A stretch of 63,350 bases of DNA, filler included, from Gemmatimonadota bacterium (GCA_003697105.1; 6 parts of 6 records of this genome joined end to end with filler, not necessarily neighbours in it); one strand, 5' to 3'; shown: positions 32,524-44,521, counted from the whole stretch's first letter. Notes: generated from the letters alone by a model not told the origin. Translations and numbers: made by a program.

Positions 32524-32708
32524 TCATTTTTTTCAGGAGAGAATAGATACACTCAAACAGGCATCTTGTCAAGGTGTTTTTAGAGGCGGAATGCGAGAAA
32601 ATCAATCTTGACAAAACCCCTGAAATATATTAAGTGATGTACCTAACCCTATGAATATACTCAATTTTTGCAGACTCGCATGAGCGTTACCGTTTGGTGG
32701 AGGGAAGA

Positions 32709-33062
32709 ATGGCTGATTTTGAGATCAAGACGCGAGAAGACGGACCGGCAACGAGTATCATTTATGTTAAAGGATTTTTAGATGCCCATACCGCACCTCG
32801 ATTTGAAGAAGCGCTCCAAAAATCCATTGATAGTCAGCGGTATCATATTCTGGTAAATTTTCAAGACTTAAATTATATCAGTAGTGCCGGTTTGGGCGTT
32901 TTGATGGGATTTATCGAAGAAGTTCGTGAAGCTGGCGGCGATATTGTTCTGGCAAACCTAACGCCACGAGTGTTTAAGGTCTTTGATTTGCTAGGGTTTA
33001 CCAATTTGTATCGTATTTTTGATAACGAAACGGAAGCGCTAGAAGCTCTGAATTCCAAATAA
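32709..33062 (+). CDS. STAS anti-sigma factor antagonist (RsbV/SpoIIAA-like)
   Basis: G.LDAHTAP, YISSAGLG, KVFDLLG. Confidence 0.92.
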   Translation: MADFEIKTREDGPATSIIYVKGFLDAHTAPRFEEALQKSIDSQRYHILVNFQDLNYISSAGLGVLMGFIEEVREAGGDIVLANLTPRVFKVFDLLGFTNLYRIFDNETEALEALNSK

Positions 33063-33068
33063 GACGGT

Positions 33069-33542
33069 GTGCTCGTGGAAACAACAAACCTACCAGAAAG
33101 CGAAATCCATCTGAAAGTCCCCAGTGAGACCACTTATTTGGATTTGATCCGAATGTCGGTCACGAAAGTCGCAGAAGACGCCGGCTTTAGCCCGGAAGAA
33201 GTCAATGATATTGCGATCGCTGTGGACGAAGCCTGTACCAACGTCATCAAACATGCTTACAACCAACAAACCAACCAGAATATTGATGTCGTATTGAAGG
33301 TCGATTACCAAAAATTGACCATCATCATTGTGGATCGGGGGCAATCCTTCGATCCGAATGCGGTACCACTACCCAATATGGATCAATACATTGAAGAGCT
33401 TCGTGTCGGTGGGCTAGGCATTTATCTGATGAAAACATTGATGGATGAAGTGGATTATGAGATTGAACCCGGCGTGCAAAATCGGGTCAAAATGGTCAAA
33501 TATTTTATGGATGATGGAAAATTAAAATCCGTAGAACATTAA
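33069..33542 (+). CDS. Anti-sigma factor Ser kinase (RsbW-like)
   Basis: AVDEACTNVIKHAY, D.G..FDP, GGLGIYLMK.LMDEV. Confidence 0.92.
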   Translation: MLVETTNLPESEIHLKVPSETTYLDLIRMSVTKVAEDAGFSPEEVNDIAIAVDEACTNVIKHAYNQQTNQNIDVVLKVDYQKLTIIIVDRGQSFDPNAVPLPNMDQYIEELRVGGLGIYLMKTLMDEVDYEIEPGVQNRVKMVKYFMDDGKLKSVEH

Positions 33543-33552
33543 ATCACGTTGA

Positions 33553-35268
<1,716 letters not shown>

Positions 35269-35282
35269 GGAGGGATTGCTTT

Positions 35283-35714
35283 TTGACATTAACTGCCGAC
35301 CAAATCGCTTTATATACGGCTCAGTTTGCCTTGTCTAAAAAAGCCGATCAAGTAACCATTCTTGATCTGCGGGAATTAACCTCGGTGACGGACTTTTTTG
35401 TGATTTGCACCGCGTTATCGGATACCCACATGCAATCTATCGCGGAAGGTATCCGGCGGGGAATGCGCAAAAAATACAAAAACCATGTCTGGCACGTGGA
35501 AGGCGAAAAAAATGCCAAATGGATATTGCTGGATTATGTCGATGTGGTGGTGCACATCTTTAAAGACGAAGAACGAGAATTTTACGCCCTTGAACGGCTC
35601 TGGGGGGATGCTCCGAAGCGAGAATTAACCGCTGCAGACTTTGATGAAACCCTCGTGAGCCTCACCCCGACAGATGAAACAGAGGAACCCGACGACATGG
35701 CTGAGATGGATTAG
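35283..35714 (+). CDS. rsfS: Ribosome silencing factor
   Basis: KKA....LD, DFFVIC, WILLDY.DVVVHIF...R.FY.LERLW. Confidence 0.95.
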   Translation: MTLTADQIALYTAQFALSKKADQVTILDLRELTSVTDFFVICTALSDTHMQSIAEGIRRGMRKKYKNHVWHVEGEKNAKWILLDYVDVVVHIFKDEEREFYALERLWGDAPKRELTAADFDETLVSLTPTDETEEPDDMAEMD

Positions 35715-35718
35715 ATGA

Positions 35719-36387
35719 ATGAAAAAAATTGCCGCTATTTTTTGGAAAGATATTATCACGGAATTCCGCACCAAAGAATCTGTCAGTTCCATGCTGGTAT
35801 TTGGTTTGTTGGTGATTGTGATCTTCAATTTCGCCTTTGAGGATAGTCGAGCACAAGCGACTAAAATCGCCCCGGGGGTGCTCTGGGTAGCCTTCACGTT
35901 TGCCGGCATTCTGGGTTTGAACCGGTCATTTGCTGTGGAAAAAGATCAAAATTGCATTCAGGGGCTGATGCTGGCGCCGGTAGACCGGGGGGCAATCTAC
36001 GCCGGTAAGATGCTGGCAAATTGTGTTTTTATGTTTTTAGTCGAGTGTATTATCCTACCGTTTTTCATTCTCTTTTTCAACTTGAACCTGATAAATCAAT
36101 TGCCTTTATTGTTTCTGGTCAATATATTGGGCACGGTCGGTTTTGTAGCGGTCGGCACGATTTTCGCCGCGGTTTCCGCCAACTCCCGGATGCAAGAAGT
36201 GATGTTGCCCATCCTGCTGTTTCCGGTCGCCGTACCTATGCTACTTGCCGCTGTGGAATCCACCATTTTGATTTTTCAAGGGGGATCATTTACCAGTATC
36301 TCCAATTGGGTCAAACTGTTAGCAGGCTTTGATATTGTGTTCACCGTCGTCTCCTTTATGATTTTTGATTTTGTCCTCGAAGAGTGA
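35719..36387 (+). CDS. ccmB: Heme exporter protein CcmB
   Basis: WKD...E.R, PG.LW, R.F..E, LP.LL.P..VP; 6 TM. Confidence 0.9.
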   Translation: MKKIAAIFWKDIITEFRTKESVSSMLVFGLLVIVIFNFAFEDSRAQATKIAPGVLWVAFTFAGILGLNRSFAVEKDQNCIQGLMLAPVDRGAIYAGKMLANCVFMFLVECIILPFFILFFNLNLINQLPLLFLVNILGTVGFVAVGTIFAAVSANSRMQEVMLPILLFPVAVPMLLAAVESTILIFQGGSFTSISNWVKLLAGFDIVFTVVSFMIFDFVLEE

Positions 36388-36394
36388 GCTTATC

Positions 36395-37081
36395 ATGAAA
36401 AAAGTCAATGGATTTGATACCATCCTATCGAGTCTCGTCTTTTTGGGAATGAGTTTCGCCCTATATATGGCATTTATTTACGCCCCCACCGAACGAACCA
36501 TGGGGGAGGTGCAGCGGATTTTTTATTTCCATGTCTCTTCAGCATGGCTGGCGTTTCTCGCCTTCTTTTTAGTCTTTATTTTTAGCATCCTATACCTGAT
36601 CACCCACCAGCGTAAATTTGATATGCTAGCCGTTGCCAATGCGGAAGTGGGGGTCGTGTTTTGTACGATTGTATTGGTGACCGGACCCCTCTGGGCAAAA
36701 CCGGTATGGGGTATCTATTGGACGTGGGACGCGCGTCTAACATCCTCCTTGATTCTCTGGCTGATTTATATCTCCTACCTGATGATGCGCGCCTATATTG
36801 CCGATGAAAATAAACGGGGGAATCTAGCCGCGATTGTCGGTATCATCGGCTTTCTCGATGTGCCGATTGTGTATATGTCCATCCGGTGGTGGCGCACCCA
36901 ACACCCCTCGCCGGTGATTATGGGGGGTGAAGATTCCGGACTGGCGCCCGACATGCGCACCGCATTTTTCGTCTGCCTGATCGCGTTTACCTTGCTTTTC
37001 CTCTACCTGACCCGCAAGCGCTACCAACTGGAAAAACTTGAATCCGATGTGGATCAGTTATATAAACTTGCTCAACGTTAA
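36395..37081 (+). CDS. ccmC: Cytochrome c biogenesis protein CcmC
   Basis: RIFYFHV, WAKPVWG.YW.WDARL (WWD motif), WWRTQH. Confidence 0.93.
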   Translation: MKKVNGFDTILSSLVFLGMSFALYMAFIYAPTERTMGEVQRIFYFHVSSAWLAFLAFFLVFIFSILYLITHQRKFDMLAVANAEVGVVFCTIVLVTGPLWAKPVWGIYWTWDARLTSSLILWLIYISYLMMRAYIADENKRGNLAAIVGIIGFLDVPIVYMSIRWWRTQHPSPVIMGGEDSGLAPDMRTAFFVCLIAFTLLFLYLTRKRYQLEKLESDVDQLYKLAQR

Positions 37082-37099
37082 ATTTTTGGAGAATTTGTA

Positions 37100-37240
37100 A
37101 TGACCTCAATGACTGCTTTATTCCTCGCGTATCTTGCTATCTGGATATTGCTGTTCATTTATATGTGGCGTGTATCGAACAAACAACATCAGTTGAAACT
37201 CGAGATTGAAGAACTGAGAGAATCCTTGGAAGAAAAATAA
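37100..37240 (+). CDS. ccmD: CcmD-family small membrane protein (46 aa; absent from ORF track)
   Basis: MTSMTALFLAYLAIWILLFIYMWRVSNKQHQLKLEIEEL..; GGAG RBS; follows ccmC. Confidence 0.82.
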   Translation: MTSMTALFLAYLAIWILLFIYMWRVSNKQHQLKLEIEELRESLEEK

Positions 37241-37244
37241 CGTG

Positions 37245-37463
37245 TAAAACGCTTTTTTTGATAATTTGATCCGGATTTTGAAGGCATTGCCCGCAAAAAA
37301 CGTCAAATATATCTTCGTTGGCGGATTTGTGGTTAGTTTGGACGGATTAGACCGGTTGGCATCGGAGCCATACCGTAACACCAGAGACACGGCGCGGGTT
37401 AAAAAAGAGACGCTTCGAGGTAAAGATCATAGACCGCCGGTGGAGACGTCCCTGATGGCTTAA
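37245..37463 (+). pseudogene. Internally deleted remnant of a nucleotidyltransferase-fold protein
   Basis: ILKAL...NVKYIFVGGFVV.L.G N-terminal motif joined almost directly to KK.T.R.KD C-terminal motif; D.D core absent. Confidence 0.45.
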
Positions 37464-37579
37464 TCCACACGGCTTTTCGCTAAAAAAGCCAATGCCCATC
37501 GTCATTGAAGCTTGAACATGCCCGCCAAAAACGCTTTCAAAAAGCCAATTTAGACCCTTCGTAACGTTTATCATTAGGA

Positions 37580-39928
37580 ATGATGATGTCAAATATTTCA
37601 AAGACTTACCACCAACTATCACCCCATTTCTCCCAATGGGAAAAAATCAAAGATTTAATCGATCAAAATATCGATTTCATGCTAAATTTTGCTCAAAGCG
37701 GTCACCCCGGCGGGTCACGCTCCAAAGTTCATCTTTTTGTGGCGTTGGTCTTTAGCCAGATGATGCGTTGGGATATTCATCGCCCGGAGCTACGCTTTGC
37801 CGACCGGTTTATCCTCAGTGCCGGGCACACTTGCCCCTTGGTATATGCCTCCCTGGCGCTTTTTAACGAGGCACTACGCATTAAATATGAGCAAACCGGT
37901 GATGCCCGGTACGCGGCACCGTACCCAGACCGAACGCTCTATTGGGAAGACCTACTCGGATTGCGCCGGCGCGGCGGATTACCCGGTCATGCGGAAATGA
38001 AAGGTAAAACCCTCTTTTTTAAGTGGAACACGGGACCCTCCGGGCACGGAATCCCTCCTGCCACCGGTCAGGCATTTGCGCTAAAACGGGCAGGCGCCGG
38101 AAATGTCAAAGTCCTGGTGTTTGAAGGGGAAGGTGGGTTGACTCCCGGTCACAGCCATGAATCTAAAAATTTTGCCTGGAGCTTGGGGCTGGATAACCTC
38201 TATTTCTTTGTGGACTGGAACTGTTTCGGCATTGATGATAATGACTACCGCCAGATGGTACATGGAACCCCCGCCGATTGGTTTGAACCCTACGGATTTC
38301 GGGTGTTCGGAACCATGGAAGGTGACCAGTGGGAAGCCATCACCCAAACCCTCTTAGAGATGTTTCTGAGCGACCACGAAAAAAATATCCCCAGCATGAT
38401 GTGGGTCAAAACCCGTAAAGGGCGCGGCTACGAATTGTTCGATAATAAATCCCATGGCGCACCCCATAAAGCAAATAGTGACTTGTTCTGGAAAACAAAA
38501 ATCGCCTTTGCCGAAAAATATAACGTGGAATTTGACGGATTTGGGGAAGCGGCACCACCCACACAGGAAGCATTTCGGGAGCAAACGGCGGTAAATCTGC
38601 AAAAAGTAGCGCAGGTCCTGCGGCAAGACTCCGCGTTGGTGGACTATATCACCGAAACCTTGCTCGACTCTGCCAACCAAGTGCCCCAAACAATCGAATC
38701 AATTTGTATAAATCCGGCAAAATCACCCCTCCAAGACCCAGCGTTAAGCGACTTCCAACATTATCCCGCGGATTTATTCTTGCCGCCGGGTACCAAAAAA
38801 GCTAACCGCAACGCCCTAGCCAAATTTGGGGCATGGGTCAATGCCTACTGCCACAAAAACTATGGACGACCTTTGTTTATCGCCTGCTCGGCAGACCTCG
38901 CGGGATCAACACAAGTTTCTGGATTTGCCGCGCCTTACGGCGATTTTGAAGGCTATGGTTGGTACCGTCGAGATGAAAATCCAAGCGGTGTGTTGCTCCC
39001 CCAACCGATTACGGAGTTCAGTAACGCCGGGTTAATCGCGGGCTTAGCAACGGTCAACTTTTCCGAGACTCCGTATGACACATTCGATGGTTTTTACGGT
39101 ATCTGTTCGACGTTTTCCGCATTTAGCTATCTCAAATATGGATCGATGCGTCTCTTCAGTCAGGTTACCACAGATAGCGAGATTCAAACCGGTAAAGTGA
39201 TTTGGGTTGCCGGGCATTCTGGACCGGAAACCGGTGAAGATGCCCGGACACATTACGGTATTTTTTCGCCCGGCGTCACCCAGCTATTCCCAGCGGATCA
39301 TATTCTGAATTTGCACCCGTGGGAATACAACGAAGTACCGGTCGTATTGGGAGCGGCATTGGCAAGTGATTACCATCTGATCGCGATCCACCTCAATCGA
39401 CCCAATTACGCCATTCCAGATCGGGAAAAATTGGGTATGGATTCGCATTTTGATGCCGCCAAAGGGGCATATCTCATTCGGGATTTCACGCCGGACTTGC
39501 CCAAAGCCGGAACATTGATTGTACAAGGTGCCAGCGCCACCAACAGCGTGGTGCAATTACTCCCAGTATTTGATGAAATGAACTTAAATGTGAAGATCGT
39601 TGCGGCAATCAGTTGGCAATTATTTCAGCGGCAACCCCAGCAATGGCGAGACCGTGTCTTGCCAATGACGGATTGGCTGGATTCGACCGTCATCACCAAC
39701 GGCGCAAAACGATTAATGCATGATTGGATGCTGACAAAAATCGCTGAAGAATATGCCATGTCTGCCGATTTTGATGATCAGTGGCGGACAAGCGGCAAGT
39801 CCGACGAAATGGTGGATGAGGCGCATCTCTCCCCGGAAAAACTCTTACCCGCAATCCAGAAATTCGTAACCGATCGAGACCAACGTTTATCGCGCTTACA
39901 GGCGATGCTGGAGAGTGCCTCTTATTAA
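37580..39928 (+). CDS. tkt: Transketolase (divergent clade)
   Basis: SGHPGGS, DRFILSAGH, GH.E, TGPSGHG, ADLAGS, HSGPETGED.RTH. Confidence 0.85.
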   Translation: MMMSNISKTYHQLSPHFSQWEKIKDLIDQNIDFMLNFAQSGHPGGSRSKVHLFVALVFSQMMRWDIHRPELRFADRFILSAGHTCPLVYASLALFNEALRIKYEQTGDARYAAPYPDRTLYWEDLLGLRRRGGLPGHAEMKGKTLFFKWNTGPSGHGIPPATGQAFALKRAGAGNVKVLVFEGEGGLTPGHSHESKNFAWSLGLDNLYFFVDWNCFGIDDNDYRQMVHGTPADWFEPYGFRVFGTMEGDQWEAITQTLLEMFLSDHEKNIPSMMWVKTRKGRGYELFDNKSHGAPHKANSDLFWKTKIAFAEKYNVEFDGFGEAAPPTQEAFREQTAVNLQKVAQVLRQDSALVDYITETLLDSANQVPQTIESICINPAKSPLQDPALSDFQHYPADLFLPPGTKKANRNALAKFGAWVNAYCHKNYGRPLFIACSADLAGSTQVSGFAAPYGDFEGYGWYRRDENPSGVLLPQPITEFSNAGLIAGLATVNFSETPYDTFDGFYGICSTFSAFSYLKYGSMRLFSQVTTDSEIQTGKVIWVAGHSGPETGEDARTHYGIFSPGVTQLFPADHILNLHPWEYNEVPVVLGAALASDYHLIAIHLNRPNYAIPDREKLGMDSHFDAAKGAYLIRDFTPDLPKAGTLIVQGASATNSVVQLLPVFDEMNLNVKIVAAISWQLFQRQPQQWRDRVLPMTDWLDSTVITNGAKRLMHDWMLTKIAEEYAMSADFDDQWRTSGKSDEMVDEAHLSPEKLLPAIQKFVTDRDQRLSRLQAMLESASY

Positions 39929-39963
39929 ATGTTTTTAGGAAGTATAAAGGAGATGTTTACGGC

Positions 39964-41301
39964 ATGACCAATGGAACTAACGGACAGCTGAACGTTTACA
40001 TCGAAACGTACGGTTGCCAAATGAATGTTTATGATTCCGAGATGATCGGGGGTTTGCTGACAAAAACCGGCTACCAGCAAACAATGGACTTAAGCGACGC
40101 CGACGTGATTTTGGTCAATACCTGCGCGATTCGCGACCACGCCGAACAGCGGGTGATTGGGCGGTTGGGGCAACTCAATAAATATAAGCTGATGAATCCC
40201 GATGTGGTTGTCGGTGTGCTGGGGTGTATGTCCCAACGGATCGGCGATCGCCTGTTGGGGAAATCCTCCTATTTGGACTTAGCCGTCGGGACGGATCAAT
40301 ATGATCAGTTGCCGCAACTCATCCAGAACGTCCGGGAAACGCACGTTGCCACGGCGGCACTGGAACAGGATCGAACCCAAAATTATGTGGGGATTCTACC
40401 CAAACGCAACATGAATTCGGTGAATGCATTTGTGACAATCATGCGCGGATGTAACAATTACTGCACCTTTTGTATCGTGCCCATGACGCGCGGACGAGAG
40501 CGAAGCCGCTCAATACCCGATATTATCCACGAAGTAGAGGTGTGTGTCGCAAATGGTTTCAAGGAGATCACCTTACTGGGTCAAAATGTTAATTCTTACC
40601 GGAGTGAGAAAAAAGAGCGTTTCCCCGAATTGCTGGAAGCCGTCGCGGCGGTCAACGGCGTAAAACGCATTCGATTTACCAGCCCGCATCCGAAAGATGC
40701 CACGGATCGGATGTTTGAAGTCATGGGAGCGGATAATGCTGTTTGTGAGAGTCTGCATTTGCCCGTCCAATCCGGCTCTACCCGCATTTTGAAGGCGATG
40801 CGACGCCGCCATACGAAAGAAGAATTTATTGAAAAAGCGATGCGAGCATACGAGATGATTCCCGGTCTGGCGATGAGTACGGACATTATCGTAGGTTTCC
40901 CCGGCGAAACCGATGCGGATTTTGAGGACACCTTAGACGTAGTGCGGCAAGTCCGCTTTCATAGTGCTTATACTTTTAAATACAGCCCCCGTGAAAATAC
41001 CCCCGCCTATGAAATGGAAGATACCGTCCCCGAAACCGTGAAACAAGAGCGGCTGGAAGCCCTGATTGACCTCCAACGGCAAATTACGCAGGAACGATTG
41101 CAAGAAATGGTGGGAAAAACGTACCGTATTCTGGTGGAAAAAACGAGCAAAAAACGAGAGTCCCAACTCTTTGGGCGAACACGAAACAATCAACCGGTGG
41201 TCTTCGATGGAGACGCATCATTGATCGGTGAGTTTGTGCCGGTGAAAGCGACAGGTGTGCGGGGCATAACATTAGTGGGTGAACGTGTCTCGGAAACGTA
41301 A
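39964..41301 (+). CDS. miaB: tRNA-2-methylthio-N6-dimethylallyladenosine synthase
   Basis: TYGCQMN..DSE, NTCAIR..AE, CNNYCTFC, RFTSPHP, TRAM domain. Confidence 0.96.
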   Translation: MTNGTNGQLNVYIETYGCQMNVYDSEMIGGLLTKTGYQQTMDLSDADVILVNTCAIRDHAEQRVIGRLGQLNKYKLMNPDVVVGVLGCMSQRIGDRLLGKSSYLDLAVGTDQYDQLPQLIQNVRETHVATAALEQDRTQNYVGILPKRNMNSVNAFVTIMRGCNNYCTFCIVPMTRGRERSRSIPDIIHEVEVCVANGFKEITLLGQNVNSYRSEKKERFPELLEAVAAVNGVKRIRFTSPHPKDATDRMFEVMGADNAVCESLHLPVQSGSTRILKAMRRRHTKEEFIEKAMRAYEMIPGLAMSTDIIVGFPGETDADFEDTLDVVRQVRFHSAYTFKYSPRENTPAYEMEDTVPETVKQERLEALIDLQRQITQERLQEMVGKTYRILVEKTSKKRESQLFGRTRNNQPVVFDGDASLIGEFVPVKATGVRGITLVGERVSET

Positions 41302-41404
41302 CGGTAAGACTACAGTGAACCGTTCACGTGGGACAAAAAATGATGTCGATTCCCCACAGCTTCCTCAAATGAAACATCAATTATACGTTAAGTGATTTAT
41401 AATA

Positions 41405-41437
41405 AAACCCTTAGGGCGTTTAATGCCCTAAGGGTTT
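41405..41437. terminator. Bidirectional terminator between miaB and valS
   Basis: AAACCCTTAGGGC / GCCCTAAGGGTTT stem. Confidence 0.7.
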
Positions 41438-41483
41438 CGCTACTTCCACTGATAATATAAAGAACCCAATGGAGCCCTTCTGA

Positions 41484-44135
41484 TCAGCTCAAGTCGGCTA
41501 GATTTTTTTCCAGCCGAACCAATATTTCCATTGCCTCTGCTTGTTTCTTTTTCTCCGCCTCGATCACATGAACTGGAGCTTTAGCTACAAAGTTTGGGTT
41601 TGCCAGTTTTTTATCGGCACGGTCTAATAGAGTTTTTGTTTTCGCGATCTCCTTTTCCAAGCGCTCCCGTTCCTTATTCAAGTCGATCAACCCTTCTAAA
41701 GGAATGAACAGTTCAATATCACCAACGACCGCACTCGCCGCCATGTGAGGTTTCTGCGCCTTGGATGAAATCTCCGAAATGCTCACTTTAGCCAGATCAC
41801 CGATGTAGCTTTGATCGCGCTCCAACAATTGCTGGATGGCTTCATTTTCTGTTTTGAGGATCACCTCCGCCTCTTTGGAAGGAGGGACGTTCATCTCACC
41901 GCGGATGTTACGAATGGCACTAATGATCGCCTGAATTCGATCCATTTCGGCTTCAATGGCGGGATCAATAAAGGTGGTGTCGGCTTTCGGATAAGGTGCG
42001 CGCATGATGGTTTCCCCTTGATGCGGCAATTTTTGCCAGATTTCTTCGGTGATAAACGGCATTATCGGGTGCAACAACCGCAAACACCCTTCCAACACCT
42101 GCCATGCCACATATTTTGCTGTAAGCTGATCAATTTCATTTTGAGGATTGTAAAGGCGGGACTTAATCAATTCCAGATACCAATCACAGAAATTGCCCCA
42201 AATCAGGTCATACAAGGTGCGGGTTGCATCTGTGAAGGAAAAACTTTCCAGCGCACCATCCAATGCGCGTACCGCCCGATGATAGCGGCTCAACATCCAT
42301 TCATCAGCCAAGGTATATGCCAACTGATCTTTATCCACTTGATAGGGGTCAAAGTCGCCCAAATTCATCAGGAGAAAGCGGCTGGCATTCCAAAGTTTAT
42401 TAGCGAAATTCCGGCCGAGTTCACATTTTTCGGCGGAAAAGAGTACGTCATTGCCAATCGGTGTCAAAAACGCCATCGTGTAGCGTAAGGCATCTGCCCC
42501 GTATTCGGCGATGATGTCCAGCGGGTCTGGCGAATTTCCCAACGACTTGGACATTTTTCGCCCTTTGCCATCCCGCACAATCCCGTTAAAATAGACATTT
42601 TTGAAGGGAATTTCACCGCGGAATTCCAACCCAGCCATGATCATTCGAGCCACCCAAAAAAAGATAATATCGGCGGCGGTCACCAAATCGGAAGTGGGAT
42701 AAAAATAGTTTAGCTCATTCGTTTCCTGAGGCCAACCGAGCGTATTCAGGGGCCACAACCATGACGAAGCCCAAGTATCAAGCACATCCTCATCCTGTGT
42801 CAGAGGTGTGTCATCCGGAAGGTTGAGCTTTTGGCGTGCCTCTTCTTCAGAATGCGCCGCGGTGTAAGCCCCATCTGGCGTATAATAGACCGGAATGCGG
42901 TGTCCCCACCACAACTGGCGTGAGATGCACCAATCTCGGATGTTTTCCATCCAATGTTGGTAGGTTTTGATCCAGTGTTCGGGATAAAATTTAATCTCCC
43001 CATTTAGCACGGCTTGAAGTGCTGGTTTTGCCAACGGCTCCATTTTGATGAACCATTGGTCCGAAAGATATGGCTCTGTGATCGTATCACAGCGCTGGCA
43101 ATGCCCGACGGAATGTTTGTGCGGTTCAATCTTGACCAAGTGACCGGATTCTTCCAGCAATTGAACCACTTTTTGGCGGCACTCAAACCGGTCCATGCCT
43201 TCAAACAGTGATCCCGCATTGGCATTCATTTTACCCTCTTCGGTCATCACATTGATTTCCATCAAGTTATGGCGTTTTCCGGCAAGGAAGTCGTTTGGAT
43301 CGTGGGCGGGCGTAATCTTTACGCACCCGGTACCAAATTCCCGGCTGACAAATTCATCGGCGATCACCGGTAATTCACGGTTGAGGATGGGTAGAATCAC
43401 GGTTTGACCGATCAAATGCTGGTAACGTTCATCTTCTGGGTGGACCGCTACTGCGGTATCGCCTAGCATGGTTTCCGGGCGGGTAGTTGCAACAATGACT
43501 TCACCGGAACCCGCCGCAACGGGATAGCGGATATGCCAGAGATAGCTATCATGGTCGTGATGGATATTTTCCTCATCGGACAGCGCCGTGCGGCAGCGTG
43601 GGCACCAGTTGACAATGTATGTACCTTTGTAAATCAATCCCTTGTCGAATAATTTGACAAACGCATCGACCACCGCATAACTCATATCCTCATCCATCGT
43701 AAATTTTTCACGACTCCAGTCACACGAGGCACCCAATTTTCGTAATTGTTTGGTAATAATTCCGCCGTATTCTTCTTTCCATTGCCATACCTTTTTTACA
43801 AAAGCCTCACGCCCTAAATCTTCCTTGGATTGCCCTTGATCGCGCAACATGGCTTCCACTTTATTTTGGGTGGCAATGCCGGCATGGTCTGTACCCGGTA
43901 ACCAGAGTGTTTCTCGTCCTTGCATGCGGCGCCAGCGAATGAGAATATCTTGCAACGTATTGTTGAGAACATGTCCCATATGGAGCATCCCCGTTACGTT
44001 TGGCGGAGGAATCATAATACAGTAGGGTTCCTGACTTGGGTTCACTTTTGCTCGAAAAAAGCCGCTTTTCTCCCAATGTTGATACCATTTTTTTTCCGCT
44101 TGAGACGGATCATAGGTTTTGGAAAGTTCGTTCAT
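41484..44135 (-). CDS. valS: Valine-tRNA ligase
   Basis: PPPNVTG.LHMGH, TTRPET, WCISRQLWWGH, KMSKS, C-terminal coiled coil; GGAGG RBS. Confidence 0.98.
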   Translation of the reverse strand: MNELSKTYDPSQAEKKWYQHWEKSGFFRAKVNPSQEPYCIMIPPPNVTGMLHMGHVLNNTLQDILIRWRRMQGRETLWLPGTDHAGIATQNKVEAMLRDQGQSKEDLGREAFVKKVWQWKEEYGGIITKQLRKLGASCDWSREKFTMDEDMSYAVVDAFVKLFDKGLIYKGTYIVNWCPRCRTALSDEENIHHDHDSYLWHIRYPVAAGSGEVIVATTRPETMLGDTAVAVHPEDERYQHLIGQTVILPILNRELPVIADEFVSREFGTGCVKITPAHDPNDFLAGKRHNLMEINVMTEEGKMNANAGSLFEGMDRFECRQKVVQLLEESGHLVKIEPHKHSVGHCQRCDTITEPYLSDQWFIKMEPLAKPALQAVLNGEIKFYPEHWIKTYQHWMENIRDWCISRQLWWGHRIPVYYTPDGAYTAAHSEEEARQKLNLPDDTPLTQDEDVLDTWASSWLWPLNTLGWPQETNELNYFYPTSDLVTAADIIFFWVARMIMAGLEFRGEIPFKNVYFNGIVRDGKGRKMSKSLGNSPDPLDIIAEYGADALRYTMAFLTPIGNDVLFSAEKCELGRNFANKLWNASRFLLMNLGDFDPYQVDKDQLAYTLADEWMLSRYHRAVRALDGALESFSFTDATRTLYDLIWGNFCDWYLELIKSRLYNPQNEIDQLTAKYVAWQVLEGCLRLLHPIMPFITEEIWQKLPHQGETIMRAPYPKADTTFIDPAIEAEMDRIQAIISAIRNIRGEMNVPPSKEAEVILKTENEAIQQLLERDQSYIGDLAKVSISEISSKAQKPHMAASAVVGDIELFIPLEGLIDLNKERERLEKEIAKTKTLLDRADKKLANPNFVAKAPVHVIEAEKKKQAEAMEILVRLEKNLADLS

Positions 44136-44184
44136 TATGCCTCCTATAATAGCCACGATTAAGTTATATTCTCAGTTTAAAATG

Positions 44185-44408
44185 AAAAACGGAGACCGGT
44201 CTAAGCGTTGATCTCCGCAAAAATTTGGGAAAACGGTCATGAGTCATCTCCCCGGGGAGGGAATTGGCGAAGTCAACATTTGCCTCCGTGGATGAACCCC
44301 TGTATCTGATCTTCGAAGGTCAGGACAGATACAGGGCAACGAACAGTAACATATCGACATAAGAAAACTCAAGAGAAGGTGACAAAAATGTGGTCAACCG
44401 TCACGATG
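44185..44408 (-). ncRNA. Putative structured RNA (rod-like, 6S-like), with own promoter and terminator
   Basis: TTGACA-17-TATTAT at 44443-44415; nested stems 44233-44401 with G-U pairs favouring - strand; terminator CGGAGATC/GGTCTCCG-TTTTT. Confidence 0.5.
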
Positions 44409-44456
44409 CAGGCAATAATAAGTGCTTCCAACAGGACTGTCAATACTCAAATTAAA

Positions 44457-44495
44457 CAAAACCGCACCAAACCTTAAGCGGTTGGTGCGGTTTTG
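44457..44495 (-). terminator. Intrinsic terminator after small membrane ORF
   Basis: CAAAACCGCACCAA / TTGGTGCGGTTTTG stem. Confidence 0.75.
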
Positions 44496-44521
44496 CATAA
44501 TGATGTGTTCTTTAATGAGAT

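Noticed and set aside
32400-32530. tRNA-Pro as an integration site
   Set aside because: No integrase and no duplicated tRNA 3' end seen in the window
32363-32614. 83-aa ORF over the tRNA
   Set aside because: Translation through tRNA-Pro and its terminator
41811-42488. 225-aa antisense ORF in valS
   Set aside because: Antisense shadow from codon bias
44185-44410. T-box riboswitch or SRP RNA ahead of valS
   Set aside because: Neither the T-box antiterminator sequence nor the SRP domain IV motif (CAGG...GGAA...AGCAG) is present
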